Assembly: GCF_004010195.1 (NCBI RefSeq)
Contig: NC_057759.1
Span: forward strand, 7,181,746-7,233,441
Direction of reading: 5' to 3'
Source: Chiloscyllium plagiosum
Taxonomy: Eukaryota
Length of the DNA stretch: 51,696 nt
Shown: positions 1 through 12,060 of the stretch, one piece after another
Layout of the letters: every line of letters begins with the position of its first letter
How positions within the stretch are numbered: position 1 is the first letter of the stretch
Notes under the pieces: generated by a model
The model's input: the letters and a program-made list of their open reading frames with translations, nothing else
Database searches by the model: none
What the model was told of the DNA's origin: nothing
Made by a program: the position numbers and the translations under genes

Positions 1-520
1 GAGGGGAGGGAAATATATCCCTGGTGGTGGGGTCTGTTTGGAGGTGGCGGAAATGACAAAGGATGATACGATGTATCTGGAAGTTAGTGGGGTGGTAGGT
101 GAGGACCAGTGGGGTTCTATCCTGGTGGCGATTGGAGGGGCGGGGTTTAAGGGCGGCGGAGCGGGAAGCGGAGGAGATGCGGTAAAGAAAATCGTCAACC
201 ACGTCTGAGGGGAAATTGCGGTCTTTGAAGAAGGGTCTTTGAAGAAGGAGGCCATCTGGGTTGTTCGGTGTTGGAATTGGTCCTCCTGGGAGCAGATGAG
301 ACGAAGGCGAAGGAATTGGGAATATGGGATGGTATTTTAACGGGGGCCAGGGTGGGAGGAGGTGTAATCTAGGTAGCTGTGGGAGTCGGTCGGTTTATAG
401 TAAATGTCCGTGTTGAGTTGGTCGTCCGAGATAGAAATGGAGACGTCTAAGAAGGGGAGTTAGGAGTCTGAGATGGTCCAGGTAAATTTGAGGTCGGGGT
501 GGAAGGTGCGGCTTGAACTG
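1..520 (-). mobile_element. Penelope-like element, RT C-terminal/thumb and linker (degenerate)
   Basis: Minus strand reads TFHPDLKFTWTISDS*LPFLDVSISISDDQLNTDIYYKPTDSHSYLDY then RTPLVLTYHPTNFQIHRIILCHFRHLQTDPTTRDIFPSP, typical PLE RT thumb region. Confidence 0.85.
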
Positions 521-796
521 TCCAACCATTACCCTTCCACTGACACCCTCCTTCGACTGACTGAACTGGTCCTCACTCTGAACAACTTCTCTTTCCAATC
601 CTCCCACTTCCTCCAAACCAAAGGAGTAACCAGGGGCACCCGCATGGGCCCCAGCTATGCCTGCCTCTTTGTTGGATATGTGGAACAGTCCATCTTCCGC
701 AGCTACACTGGCACCACTCCCGTCTTTTCCTCCGCTACATCGATGACTGTATCGGTGCTACCTCGTGCTCCCACGAGGAGGTTGAACAGTTCAACC
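521..796 (+). mobile_element. Penelope-like element RT core, inverted relative to 1-520
   Basis: LTELVLTLNNFSFQSSHFLQTKGVTRGTRMGPSYACLFVGYVEQ and, after a frameshift, RYIDDCIGATSCSHEEVEQF (YIDD catalytic motif). Confidence 0.85.
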
Positions 797-799
797 CTC

Positions 800-940
800 T
801 AACATTCTATTTGCCCATTTTTGTGCCGCTTCTCTCTCTTTTCCTCTCTTTTCTTTTCTTTCTTTTCTGTCTTTTCATCTCCATCTATTGTTCCCATTTT
901 CCCTTCATCCACCCCTATTTCCTTTCAGTATCTCCCACCC
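800..940. repeat. Pyrimidine-rich low-complexity tract
   Basis: C/T-rich runs such as tctctctcttttcctctcttttcttttctttc. Confidence 0.7.
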
Positions 941-1835
941 ATAGCAGAAAGCATAAGGGACTGTCAGAGAATACAGGAGGACTTACATAGATCGGAGAGT
1001 TGGGCGGAAAAGAGGAAGATGGATTTCGATCCAGACAAATGTGAGGTGATGCATTTAGGCAAGTCTAATTCTCGAGCGAATTATGCAATGAATGGAAGAA
1101 CCTTGGGAAAAGTTGATGGGCCCAGAGATTGGGGAGTGCAGGTCCATTGCACCTTGAAGGTTGCTGCACAGGTGGATAGAGTGGTCAAGAAGGCATATAG
1201 TGTGCTTGCTTTATCGGATGGGGTATTGAATATAAGAGCTGAAAAGTCATGTTAAAACTACAGGACCTTGGTTCGGCCGCATTGTTTACAATTATGGCTG
1301 CCACATTATCAAAAGGATGTAGACGTTTTGGAGAGGGTGCAGAGAAGGTTTACGAGGATGTTCCCTGATATAGAAGGTGCTAGCTGTGCAGAGAGTTTAA
1401 GTAGGTTAAGTTTACTTTCACTAGAAAAAAGGAGATTGAGGGAGGACCTGATTGAGGTTTACAACATCATGAAGGGTATAGACAGAGTGGATGGAGACAA
1501 GTTTTTTCCCAGGGTAAAAGATTGAATAACGAGAGGTCATGCTTTCAAAGAGAGACGTGGGAAGTTTAAGGGGGATAGACGCAGTAAGTACTTCACACAG
1601 AGGGTGGTGGGCGTTTGGAACGCGTTGGCAGCAGAGGTGGTAGAGGTAGGCACGGTAGAGTCATTTAAGATGCAACTGGACAGATGCATGAGTAGATGGG
1701 GAGCAGAGGGATACAGATGCTTTGGAATTGACCGACAGGTTTAGACAGTACATTTGGATCGGTTCAGGCTTGGAGGGTCTAAGGGCCTGTTCCTGCGCTG
1801 TAAATTTTCTTTGCTCTTTGTTTTTTGTTCTCTTT
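941..1835 (+). mobile_element. CR1 LINE, 5'-truncated 3' end of ORF2 plus 3' UTR
   Basis: KCEVMHLGKSN, LERVQRRFTRM, LEKRRLREDLIEVYNIMKGIDRVD, FTQRVVGVWNAL; ends in gggcctgttcctgcgctgtaa plus ttctttg-type tail. Confidence 0.92.
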
Positions 1836-2007
1836 CTCCAACTGGCTAGCCCTCTCAGTAGCTCACAGGTCAATATGCAGAAAGTTCCAAAAGTGCTTGC
1901 AATCCTAATTTTTAGAATAAAGAGACTTCATTAAGATTGCGTGATTGTTGAGAATGTCACTGGGGGAAAGATTGAAGCTTCCTTTTTGGTTTTCTATGTT
2001 ACGATAA

Positions 2008-2412
2008 TGTGATGATATTTTGGCTTTAACAAGTGCACTTCATCCTTTTTTTGTGAAAAGTGGATAAGGCAGAGTTGGCAGCCGATTGGCTGCAAGCCAT
2101 AATTAAACAGCTTGTGAAGCTTTTTTTTAAAACTTGGGGCAGGAGCAGCAGGATGAATTGGTGGAGTTAGGATCTCACTGATCCAGGGTTTTAGCATAGC
2201 TTTCATCAGTTGTTGGTGTCTTGAAGCTGGATGTGGAACCTATTATTCCTGTCTCTGTTATAGAAAGAAGGTTGAGTTTTCTCTGCTGCCAATATTGCGT
2301 GTGAAAATATTGATTTTACTAAATTGGCCTTTGCCAAAGGTGGGTTTATGGGATGCTAGTACATTCAAACACTTGCCGTTGAGTTGCTAAATGCTCTACT
2401 GTTTAAACATAC
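2008..2412 (+). mobile_element. Partial LTR, same family as solo LTR at 34593-35257
   Basis: Shares collinear blocks with reverse complement of 34593-35257: gatatt(t/a)tggcttta, aatta(a/g)cagcttgtga, tttact.aatt..cctttgccaa...tg.gtttatggga; truncated where the LINE at 2415 begins. Confidence 0.6.
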
Positions 2413-2414
2413 AT

Positions 2415-4620
2415 TCATTTTGTAGGATGAGGGCATGTCCAGCTGAGCAGCATTTACTAACATCGCCAAGCTACCGTTTAGAAGATGGTGCTGAGCTGCC
2501 TACTCGAACTGCTGAAAACCACTTCCTGTGGGTTGACCCCAGTGCTCTGGTGGAGGGAATTCCAGGATGTTTACTCAGCGACAGTGAAGAAACGGCGCCA
2601 TGTTTCCAAGTCAGGCTGGTGGTCGTGAGTGTGATGCTGGTTTGTCAGTTCCTTGGGCAGGCACTGTAAAAGGAGACGTTGCAGTGGTAGCGACTCTGCT
2701 TCAGGATGGTGATTTGGCGGTAAACTTGAAGGTGGTGGGGTATTCCCATGTATCTGCTGTCCATGTCTTTCTAGATGCAAGTGATCATGGGTTTGGAACG
2801 GGAGATCTGAGGATCTTTGTATAATTTCTGCTGTGCATTTTGTCGATACTATACACTGCTGATACTGAGCATCGATTGAGGAGGGAGTGAATGCATGTGG
2901 ATGCAGTGCCAATCATGTTATTTGCTTTGTCCTGGATGGTGTCAAGCTTCTTGAGCGTTTTGTGGCTATACTTATCAAAGCAAATGAGGAGTATTACATC
3001 ATACTTCTGACTTGTGCCTTGCAGATGGCGAGCAAACCTTTGGGAGTCAGGAGGTGAGCTAGTCATTGTAGTATTCCTAGTCTCTGACTTGCTCCTGTAG
3101 CCACTATGTTTATGTGGTGAGTCCAGTTGAGTTTCTGATCAATGAAAACTCCCAGGATTTTGATACTGGGGGATCTCAGCGATGGTGACGACATTGAATG
3201 TCAAGGGGCAGTGGTTATATTGTCTCTTATTGATGATGGATATTGTCTGGCAATGGTTAACCGATCTGTCACTAATTGGCCTGGTTGGATTTGTCCTGAT
3301 TTTTTGATGTAGAAGACTTACTTGGGCGATTTTCTACATTGTCGTTTAAATGTCTGTGTTGTAATTGTACTGGAACATCTTGGCGAGGAAAATGGCAACA
3401 TCCAGAGCACAGGACGTTTGTACTATTGCCGGAATGTTGTCAGTGTCCATAGCGTTTGTGGTATCCAGTGCCTCAAACCATTCCTTGTAAAACGTTGAGG
3501 GACTTGCATTGGCTGAAGATTGGTGTTTGTAATGCTGGGGACTACTGGAGGAGGCCGTGATGGATCATCCACTAATCATTTCTAGCTGAAGATTGTGGCG
3601 AAAGCTTCAGCCATACCTTTTGCACTGATGTCCTCAGCTCAACTATCACTGAGGATGGAGATATTTGAGGACCTTCCTACTCCAGTGTGTTGTTTAATCG
3701 TCCACCATCATTTGTGACCGGAAGTGACAGGACTGCAGAGCTTCACCTTCAGGTATGCCTGGTCCTACTCATGGAATCCTACACTCTTCATTGAAACACG
3801 GTTGATATCCTACCTGGATAGTAATGGTAAGTGGGCGATATGCTGGGCCATGAGATTACAGATTGTGTTGGTGTACAATTCTGCTGCTATTGATGGCCAA
3901 CTGCACCCCATAGATACCCATTGCTAGATCTATTCGATGTGTGCCCCATTTAAAATCGTGACAGTCCTACACAACATAATAGAAGTTATGTGGCACTGTG
4001 AAGGTGGGACATCATCTCCACAAGGTGTATATTGTTGTTGGTCTTACTGGCACTGTCATGGACAGATGCATCTGTAGCTGGCAGATTGGTAAGGATGGTG
4101 TTCAAGTATGTTTTTTTTCCCTCCTATTGCTTCCCTCAGCGCCTGTCGCAGACTGTTCAGCAGCTGTGTTCCTTTCCGATCCGGCAACCGGATCAGTAAT
4201 ACCGATGCCAAGCCAGTCTGGGTTGTGGACATTGAAATCCCCCACGCAGGGTGCATTTTGTGCCCTTGGCATACTCAATGTTTCTTCTACGTGTTGATCA
4301 ACATGGAGCAATATCAATTCTTTGACTGAAGGAAGATATTAGGTCGAAATCGGCCGATTACATTGCCCATGTTAAAACTGAAGACATGAGACTTCACAGG
4401 ATCTGCAGTCAGTGTTGAGTACTCCCAAAGCAAACCCCTCCTGGTTGTATACCAGTGTTCCCCCACTTCTGCTGGGTCTGTCCTGTTGGTGAGACAGTAC
4501 AGATCCAGGGATTGTGATGATGTCTGGGACGTTGTCTGTAAGATATGATTCCGTGAATTTGACTGTATCAGGTGTCACTTGTCTAGTCTATAAGACAGCT
4601 CTCCACATTTTGTCATTGAC
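2415..4620 (-). mobile_element. L2/Crack-like LINE ORF2 remnant (APE endonuclease to RT C-terminus and 3' tail)
   Basis: Minus frames: FTESYLTDNVPD..DRPSRSGGTLVY, CVGDFNVHNPDWLG (APE); LKKLDTIQDKA..IHSLLNRCSVSAVYSIDKMHS; 3' tail gttagtaaatgctgc..gccctcatcctacaaaatgaa. Clade assignment is by recall. Confidence 0.8.
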
Positions 4621-5989
4621 CCTCGAGTCTGCTCCATTAAATATGATCATGGCCGATCATTCACCCAATACCTTAAACCCAACATCCCTTGATCACCTAC
4701 TCTGTGAGTTTCAGATGAAGGAAGTGCAGTGGGAACCATACTCTACATCAACCCTTGTGATTTGTTTGCCCTTAGTGTGTTCTGCAGCAGCCTTCTGGCT
4801 GTTGAAACACAGATAGATTGCTAACTTGGCCAAACAGCAAGGGATGCAAGGGTACATTCGCCAAGTAAAATCTTGAAATCACAAAACCCACACACCAGGC
4901 ACAGTGGAAACACAGCAACCAGGTTTTACTGACATCAGCATAATATAAAAGACAACAAATATTCTGGACAGTTGCATCCCAATAACTAATCAACTAAACA
5001 AAGGAGGGCTGAGACAAAAAGGCACCAAGCTCTGCTATACAAGGAAACTATATATAGCATGGTATCTAAATTATTGACTTCTGTTTCAAACTATTGAAAG
5101 TATCTCCCTGATTGATCAGAACTATAGAAAGCTCCAAGAAAACTCTCTAACATGTGAAAAAACAGCTGCAGAGTTGACTCTTTGATTCTCTTGAATGCTT
5201 TTCAAATCTTCCAGAGACATTCGGAGGAGACCAGCATGGCTCGAGACAGAGACCAGTTGACTATCCAGAGAGAGAGAGGGGAAGAAAGCAGCTTCACAGC
5301 CCTACAGAGAGAGCACCTGCATAAATCTACAAGTGAGTGGAGAACTATTATAACGTTAAGAAGTCAAATAGGATGACAGACAGTATGTGTAGTATCGAAG
5401 GTTCCTGCTCCTTTGTTCCTAATGAAATTAGGACTGCTTTTCATTGGTATCGACTTGTGTTCGTGTTGATTTGACCATTTTGGTATTCTGGGTCACCTGG
5501 GCGAATTGATTCGTGAGATCCCAGTTATGAACATTGCTTAAATGAGAACCTAGACAACAGTTTAATTGAGCAGAATTGGTGAGGAAGTTATTTCATCAAT
5601 ATCTAACTGCACGGTGAATTAGGTCTTGGAATTTAAAAAAAAACACAAGTGCAGTTCGGATAGAGCTTTATACTGTATCTAGCTCCATTCTCTACCTGCC
5701 ATGGAGTTTTAGATAAGGACAGATTAATGGCAGCTTTATTCTGTGTGTACCCTATGTTGTATGTGCCGTGGGAATGTACTGGGAAGGTTGTATCACCTCT
5801 GCGAATATGGATGGTAGGAATATTGACGGGGACACAATGCAAATAGAAATGCTTGGGTCCAATGCCTTCACATTTATGAAAGAAGGTCTCAAATTTGTTT
5901 TGGGATGAGTGATGGAGTTAAAGCGTCTGTAGCAGAATGAATGCAACATTGGCTCAGAGACAGAAGACAGTGAAGAGATCAATGAGTCT

Positions 5990-6190
5990 TTCAGATTTGA
6001 GGGAGCTGCTGTGCACGATCTTACACGAGTTCATTTTCGGAACACCACATTTTGCCCTTCATCACTAATGAACTGGATGTGGAAATTAACAGGACATCAG
6101 GTAAGATTTTGCAGTTGACATACAAATTGACAATGTCGTAAACGGGGAAGAGAATAGTCACAGATCGAAAGAGGATATGGGGAATCTAGT
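5990..6190 (+). mobile_element. Highly decayed CR1 RT fragment
   Basis: actaatgaactggatgtggaaatt..tttgcagttgacatacaaattg resembles INDLD..KFADDTKI region. Confidence 0.5.
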
Positions 6191-6284
6191 CTGATCAGAG
6201 TCTTAAACAAAACTCAGCAGTACATCTCTGCTCTTGTAATTTATGCCTTCCTAACTGCCAACTGAACCTGCCTATTAACCTGAA

Positions 6285-6590
6285 GAAAACATAGAACATT
6301 AGAGTACAGCCCTCGATTGGTTCCCAGGTCGGCCCTCGATGTTGTGCTGACCTGGGAACCAATCTGAAGCATATCTAACCTACAGTGTTGCATTATCATC
6401 CATATATTCATTCAATGAACATTGAATTGCTCTTAATATTGGCGAGTCTCCTGTTGTTGCCGGCAGTGCATCCCACGCCCTTACAACTCGCTGAGTAATG
6501 AACCTACCTCTGACATCTGTCCTATATCTATCACCCCACAATTACAGCTATGTCCCCTCGTACTAGCCAACACCATCGAGGAAAACGGCT
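6285..6590 (-). mobile_element. CR1 3' end
   Basis: aacatagaacat tail; ccggcagtgcatcccacgcccttacaactcgctgagtaatgaac is the reverse complement of the FTQRVV..WNAL motif. Confidence 0.75.
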
Positions 6591-7050
6591 TGATTAATCT
6601 TAAAAATATAAGCCAGAAGTTTTAAAGTTAGCCTGGAACAATGCTTTGTAGAAGAATAAGACAATGTTTTTTTTTCAAGGTCTGCCGATTGAAAGAAGCA
6701 AAAATAGCTTTTTGGAGAATGATGTGCTCTTCTTGTCGGATGTGGGAGTTCAGGGAGAGTTTACATGTTACTGAGGATTATATCTGCAGTAAAGACTGCT
6801 ATTTGTGAATCCCATCAGATCGAATAGATCAGTTGGAGAGACGGTTCGAGGCAATGGGGAATTTACAAGAGCAAGGGGATGTGATGAATGGGAGTTATAT
6901 GAAGGGATAAAAGCTCTGGAAACAGTAACATAGATGTGTTAACTCCAGGAAAGGTAAGAGAGGTAGGCATGTAGTGCAGGAATCTTCTGTGTTCTTTAAA
7001 TATATATACATAACCAATTAGAGAGTGAAACAAGGACCATAGAGGACATG

Positions 7051-7242
7051 GAGAAAGTGAGGATTGCAGATGCTGGAGAGAAGAGTCGAGAGTGTGGTGC
7101 TAGAAACGCACAGCAGGTCAGGTAGCATCCTAGAAGCAGGAGAATTGACGTTTCGGTAATAAACCCTTCATCAATAAAAAAGGGCTGATGAAGGGCTTAT
7201 GCCCAAAACGTCGATTATCCTGCTCCTCAGATGCTGCCTGAC
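7051..7242. mobile_element. Short PLE-derived asymmetric inverted repeat with hammerhead-like cores
   Basis: Opposed arms; ctgatgaagggcttatgcccaaaacgtc at 7185 and reverse copy at 7147-7174; flanked by ccatagaggacatg / ccatgctggacatg (putative TSD). Confidence 0.75.
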
Positions 7243-8793
7243 CCATGCTGGACATGTATTTCACTTCTGTGCTTCCAGTGAAGAAGACATGAAGACCTGG
7301 GGAAGTTAGTGGTGATAGCTTTGGGACAGTCCATATCAGAGTAGAGGAGATGTGGGGCTTATTAGAATGTATAAAGGTCGATAAATCGCCTCGTTCTGAT
7401 TAGACATATACAAGAATACTGCAAGAGGCTAGAGAAGAAATTGCAGGAGTTTGACTGGCATTTATGTGTCATCATTAACCACAGGTGAGGTCACAGTAGA
7501 CTGGAAGATAATTTATGTACTACACGTATTCCAGAAGAGCTACAAAGAAAAACATGGGAACTATAGACTAATAAGCTTAACATTTGTGTAAGGTAAGTTA
7601 CTTGAGAAGATGCTAATGGATTCGATATATGTGAATTTGGAACATCAGGGTTTGATTATGAGTCGTCAGCATGGCTGTGGGAGGTCACGCCTCACCAATG
7701 TGTTAGAGATCTTTGATGAAATGAACATGAAAGTTGATGAGGGCAGGGTGGCAGACTTAGTCTATATGAATTTCACTAAGGCCTTTGAGAAGGTTCCACA
7801 TGGTACACTGCTCTGGAACGTTAGATCGCATTGAATCCAAGTGGAGCTGGCAAATTGGATACACAATTGGCTTGATGGTAGGAAGCAGAATGTAATGGTA
7901 GAAGGATATTTGTCGGACTGGGGGCCTGTGACTAGTGGAGTGCCTCAGGGGTCAGTGCTGGGCTCATTGCTGATTGTTATCTGTACCAATGATTTGGATG
8001 AGAACGTTATTAGTAAGTTTGCAGATGACACTAAAATAGGTGCTATCGTGGACAGTGAGGAAGGTTGTCAGAAATTAAAGTAGGACCATGATCAGCTCGG
8101 AAGAGGGCCAAAAAGTTGCAAATGGTGTTTAAAATAGATAAGTGTGAGTTCTTGCGTTTTAGAAAGTAAAATCAAGGTAGAAGTTTTGTGGTGAATGGTA
8201 GGGCGTTAAGGATTTTGTGGAGCAGAGGGATCTTGGAGTTCAGGTGCATGGTTTTCTGAAAGTGAAGTCACAGGTAAACAGGACAGTCTGGTCATTGAGT
8301 ACAGAACTTAGGAAGTTATGCTGCAGTTGTACAGGATGTTGGTGAGGCTGCACTTGGAGTATTATGTTCAGTTTTGGTCACCTGGCTATAAGAAGGATGT
8401 TATTAAACTGAAAAGAGTTTAGGAGAAATTTACAAGGATGTAGCCAGGACTCAAAGATCTGAGTTATGGGGAAGGCTGAACAAACTAAGACATTTTTCCT
8501 TAGAGTGTAGGAGATTGTGGAGAGAACTTATAGAATTGTATAAGATCATGAGAAGCATGGATAGGGCGAATACACTCAGTTTCTTCCACAGGGTTGGGGA
8601 GTTGAGGATTAGAGTGGAAATGTTTACAGTTAGGGGGAAGGAATAAAAGGGAACCTGAGGGGCAACTTCTTTACACAGAGGGTGGTATGCATATGGAATG
8701 AGCTGCCTGTGGAAGCATTTAAGCCGGGTACATTAAAAACAATTAAACGATATTTGGACAAATACATGAATTGAAAATATTTCGAAGGGTATG

Positions 8794-8965
8794 TGTGGAC
8801 AGTGTGGTGCTGGAAAAGCACAGCATGTTAGGCAGCATCTGAGAAGCAGGGCTTTTGCCCAAAGCATCGACTCTCCTGCTCTTCGGATGCTGCCTGACCT
8901 GCTGTGCATTCCTAGCACCACAATCTCGACTCTAATCTCCACCATCTGCAGTCTTCACTTTCACC
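8794..8965. mobile_element. Short PLE-derived hairpin insertion with 13-bp TSD
   Basis: gtggtgctggaaaagcacagc..gcagg versus cctgc..gctgtgcattcctagcaccac; TSD ttcgaagggtatg (8781-8793) / ttcgaaggatatg (8966-8978). Confidence 0.85.
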
Positions 8966-9084
8966 TTCGAAGGATATGAGCCAAGTGCAGGGAAATGGTT
9001 TAAGAATGAATGGACGTTTTGGTCGGCATGGACTTGTTAGGCTAAAGAGCCAATCTCCATGCTGTGGGACCCTATAACTCACAT

Positions 9085-9580
9085 TAGTGAGCATTCCCAG
9101 CAGGGGTCAGCTCTGGGATCACTGGGTGAGGACCTACCATGATTTTCATGGCTAGGATCAATGAGTGAAGTCCTAAAATGAGGATCAGCACTGGGATCAG
9201 TGCGTGAGTATCCCAAGTGATGGTCAGTGTTGATATCAGTGAGTTAGAACCCTGAATGATGCATAGCCATGGGATCAGTAGCGACCATTTTACGTCAGTT
9301 TCAGCACTGGGATCGGTAATTGAAGTTGCCTGGTGATAATCAGCATTGGGATTGGTAAGCGAGGATGCCCAGTAAGGGTAAGCACTGGATTCGGTGCGTG
9401 AGGACCCCTAGTAAGCATTGGCACTGGGATCAGTGAATGAGGATCAACAGTGAGGGTCAACAGTTGGATCAGTGAGCAAGGATCCCCAGTGAGTATCAAT
9501 ATTGGGATCAATGAGTGAAGACTTCCAGTGAGTATCAGCACTGGGATCAGTGAATGAGAATTCTCAGTGAGGATCAGCAC
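9085..9580. repeat. 39-bp degenerate minisatellite, about 12-13 copies
   Basis: Unit like cagtgagtatcagcactgggatcagtgaatgagaattct. Confidence 0.9.
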
Positions 9581-9930
9581 AGAGTCAGAGGTGTACAGCA
9601 CGTCAACAGACTCTGTGGTCCAAATCGTCCATGACAAACAGATATCCCAAAGTAATCTAGTCCCATTTGCCAGCATTTGGGCCATATACCTCGAAAACCG
9701 TCCTTTCATATACCCATCCAGATACCTTTTAAATGTTGCAATTGTACCAGCTTCCACCACTTCTTCTGGCAGCTCATTCCATACGTGCACCACCCTCTGC
9801 GTGAAAAACTTTCCCCTTAGTTCCCTTTTATATCTTTCCACTCTCACCCAAAATCTATGCCCTCGAGTTCTGGAATCACCAATGTCAGGGAAAAGAGTTT
9901 ACCCATTTATCCTATTAATGCCCCTTCATG
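9581..9930 (-). mobile_element. CR1 3' end
   Basis: ELRGKFFTQRVVHVWNELPEEVVEAGTIATFKRYLD on minus strand. Confidence 0.9.
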
Positions 9931-10045
9931 ATGGGGTTGAAGGAGCTAGGGCTTTTCTCACGGGAGGGAAGACGGATGAGAGGTAACTTGATGGAGGTGG
10001 ACAAGATAACGAGATGCATAGATGGAGTGTATAGCTGAATTCTTG
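9931..10045 (+). mobile_element. CR1 ORF2 fragment
   Basis: LKELGLFSREGRRMRGNLMEVDKITRCID. Confidence 0.7.
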
Positions 10046-10147
10046 CTCGTCTAAAGTGAACAGACAGACCACCTCCTGTGCTCACGACTGACGGTGAACA
10101 GCACAGCCAGACAGTCAATGATTTTCATATTCCCACTCAGCCAGATG

Positions 10148-10425
10148 GCCAGTACTGAGGGATGCCATACTATCAGAGGATCAGGAATTAGGGAGTTGGC
10201 ACATTGTTGGAGGGTCAGTATTAAAAGAGTGCTGCTCTGTCGGAGGGTCAGTATTGAGGGAGTGACACACTGTCAGAGGTTCATTAACTAGTGAGTACCA
10301 TTCCGTGTGTCAGTACTGAGGGGATGCTGCACTGTTGAACCATCAGTACTGATGCAGTGCTGGATTGTCAGAGAGTCAGTACTGTGGAAGTATTCCATTG
10401 TCTGTGGATTAGTACTAAGAACACT
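10148..10425. repeat. 33-bp degenerate minisatellite, about 8 copies
   Basis: Unit like ggtcagtactgagggagtgctgcactgtcagag; gtcagta recurs at 10214 and 10247. Confidence 0.85.
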
Positions 10426-12060
10426 GAATAAAAACTCTCACCTTCATTCACAAAAAAGCAAATGCCTAAAATGCCAGAGAGGAACTTCAGATTTTCTTTC
10501 ATCTTCAGTTTCCTTCTTGCAGGTCAGTGAAATAAATCTCTTCCCGAAGCTCTGCACACTGATTCTATCAGTCAGTGCATATATAGTATAGATAACTGCC
10601 TCCAACCCCAGATCCTCATACTTTCCTGATTTCTTTCCAAGAACATTAGATCAATCATTAATAATTTATCTTTACATTAATTACTTATTTAGTTAGAATT
10701 ATTTATTGCACAGAATGAAGTGAAATCACTTTCAATTTTAAAGATCAGGTTGACGCGATTGTTTCTTATCTTTGCAGTTTGGTGTAATTTCCTTGCATTT
10801 CTGACTGTAACAATCTAAATGACAATATGTGTTTCATTGACATTCACTCCCCTCATCAACTGAGTTCTCAATCCGTGATATTTTTTTGTGTGTCACAATC
10901 TCTAAAGTCTCCTATGAAGAAAGTTTTCCCGAGCAGTGTAACTGTTCTGTTTGCACTATTACCCCAGACACATTCTAATAGAAATGTTGCTTAAGAATGA
11001 CTCAACGCATACTTCAAACTTAGTCTGTAATTAAATAAGACCATGGCTGATCCAAGACCTGACATCAATGCCTCACTATTGCACCTTGTTACTTCACAAC
11101 TTGACTACCAAACTTCGTTCATCTTGGAATCAATTTAACAATGATTATATACCATTAACTACTTTCTGCAAAGATTTTCAAACACCTCACACTCTGTCTG
11201 AAAATTCTTTATTCCACTACAAATGAAACAATTCTCCTTCAACACAAGATTGTGAGCTGCGGCTTTGTATGATTTGGTAGCTTTGGTGATTTCATGAATT
11301 CAAGTCAAAACACACGAATTGTGTACGAGAATACATGGACACACCTGGGGCTATTAAACTTAGAGAGGACACAGCTGATAGGAATTTTGACTGAGGTAAT
11401 CAAATCATGAGAAACTGAACAGAATTAATCAAACAAGATTTCCCCTTTGGAAATCTGTGCTAATAATTCATTACTGCAGTTCACGTTCTAGTCTAAGCCA
11501 TTTGACTTGCATCATCTTGACCATCATCACAGGTAGGGTAGGGAGGCAGATCCTTAATCCATCACAGCTGGAAGGGGGTCTTTCAAATCAATTTGATCCA
11601 TATTGTCTAACTAGATACGAGCCAACTATCCCTCCAAACAAAAAGAAAACTGGGTTGCTGTGGCAACACTTTAGCCTGCAGGCAGTATCCAAGAGCTGGG
11701 AATAGTGATCACGGTGATTACATTTTTCTTCATTCTGGATGGCCAGGAATCTGCCATCTTCTTGCCAGCCGTCTTTGGTGTGAGTTGGATGCATACTCTG
11801 TTTGATCACGGTGCATTCACACTTTGCTTGGCTCTTGCTCTGTGGGGCTCCAGAGCGTTTTTCTCAAAGGCAGAGGTAATGCCCATGTCATCGCAAGTCA
11901 TAATTATTATGAATATCAAGATAATTTAATATTCCATGCATCTGTCATTTCTTGTGGTACTATCCTGTTAATTCATTTGTTGATCCTATTCCCATTACGG
12001 TCATCCTTCTTTTTATACATCTGCAGTATATTTTACACTTTTGCTTTTTCTATGTATATT

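Larger units (their letters stand above)
6705..9080 (+). mobile_element. CR1 LINE with internal deletions (ORF1 zinc-finger remnant, ORF2 RT, 3' UTR), interrupted by two PLE hairpins
   Basis: CSSCRMWEF..DYICSK (ORF1 N-terminus); VYMNFTKAFEKVPH, VTSGVPQGSVLG, SKFADDTKIG, FTQRVVCIWNELP. Confidence 0.9.

Noticed and set aside
4620..5650. Additional LTR or gene exons
   Set aside because: LTR-like composition but no termini, TSD or second copy identified; no convincing coding frame
9581..10045. Twin-priming inversion of a CR1
   Set aside because: The opposed fragments overlap in ORF2 position but differ strongly in sequence, so are more likely separate subfamily insertions
10430..12060. Protein-coding exons in unique-looking sequence
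   Set aside because: Isolated acceptor-like sites without matching donors or recognisable peptides
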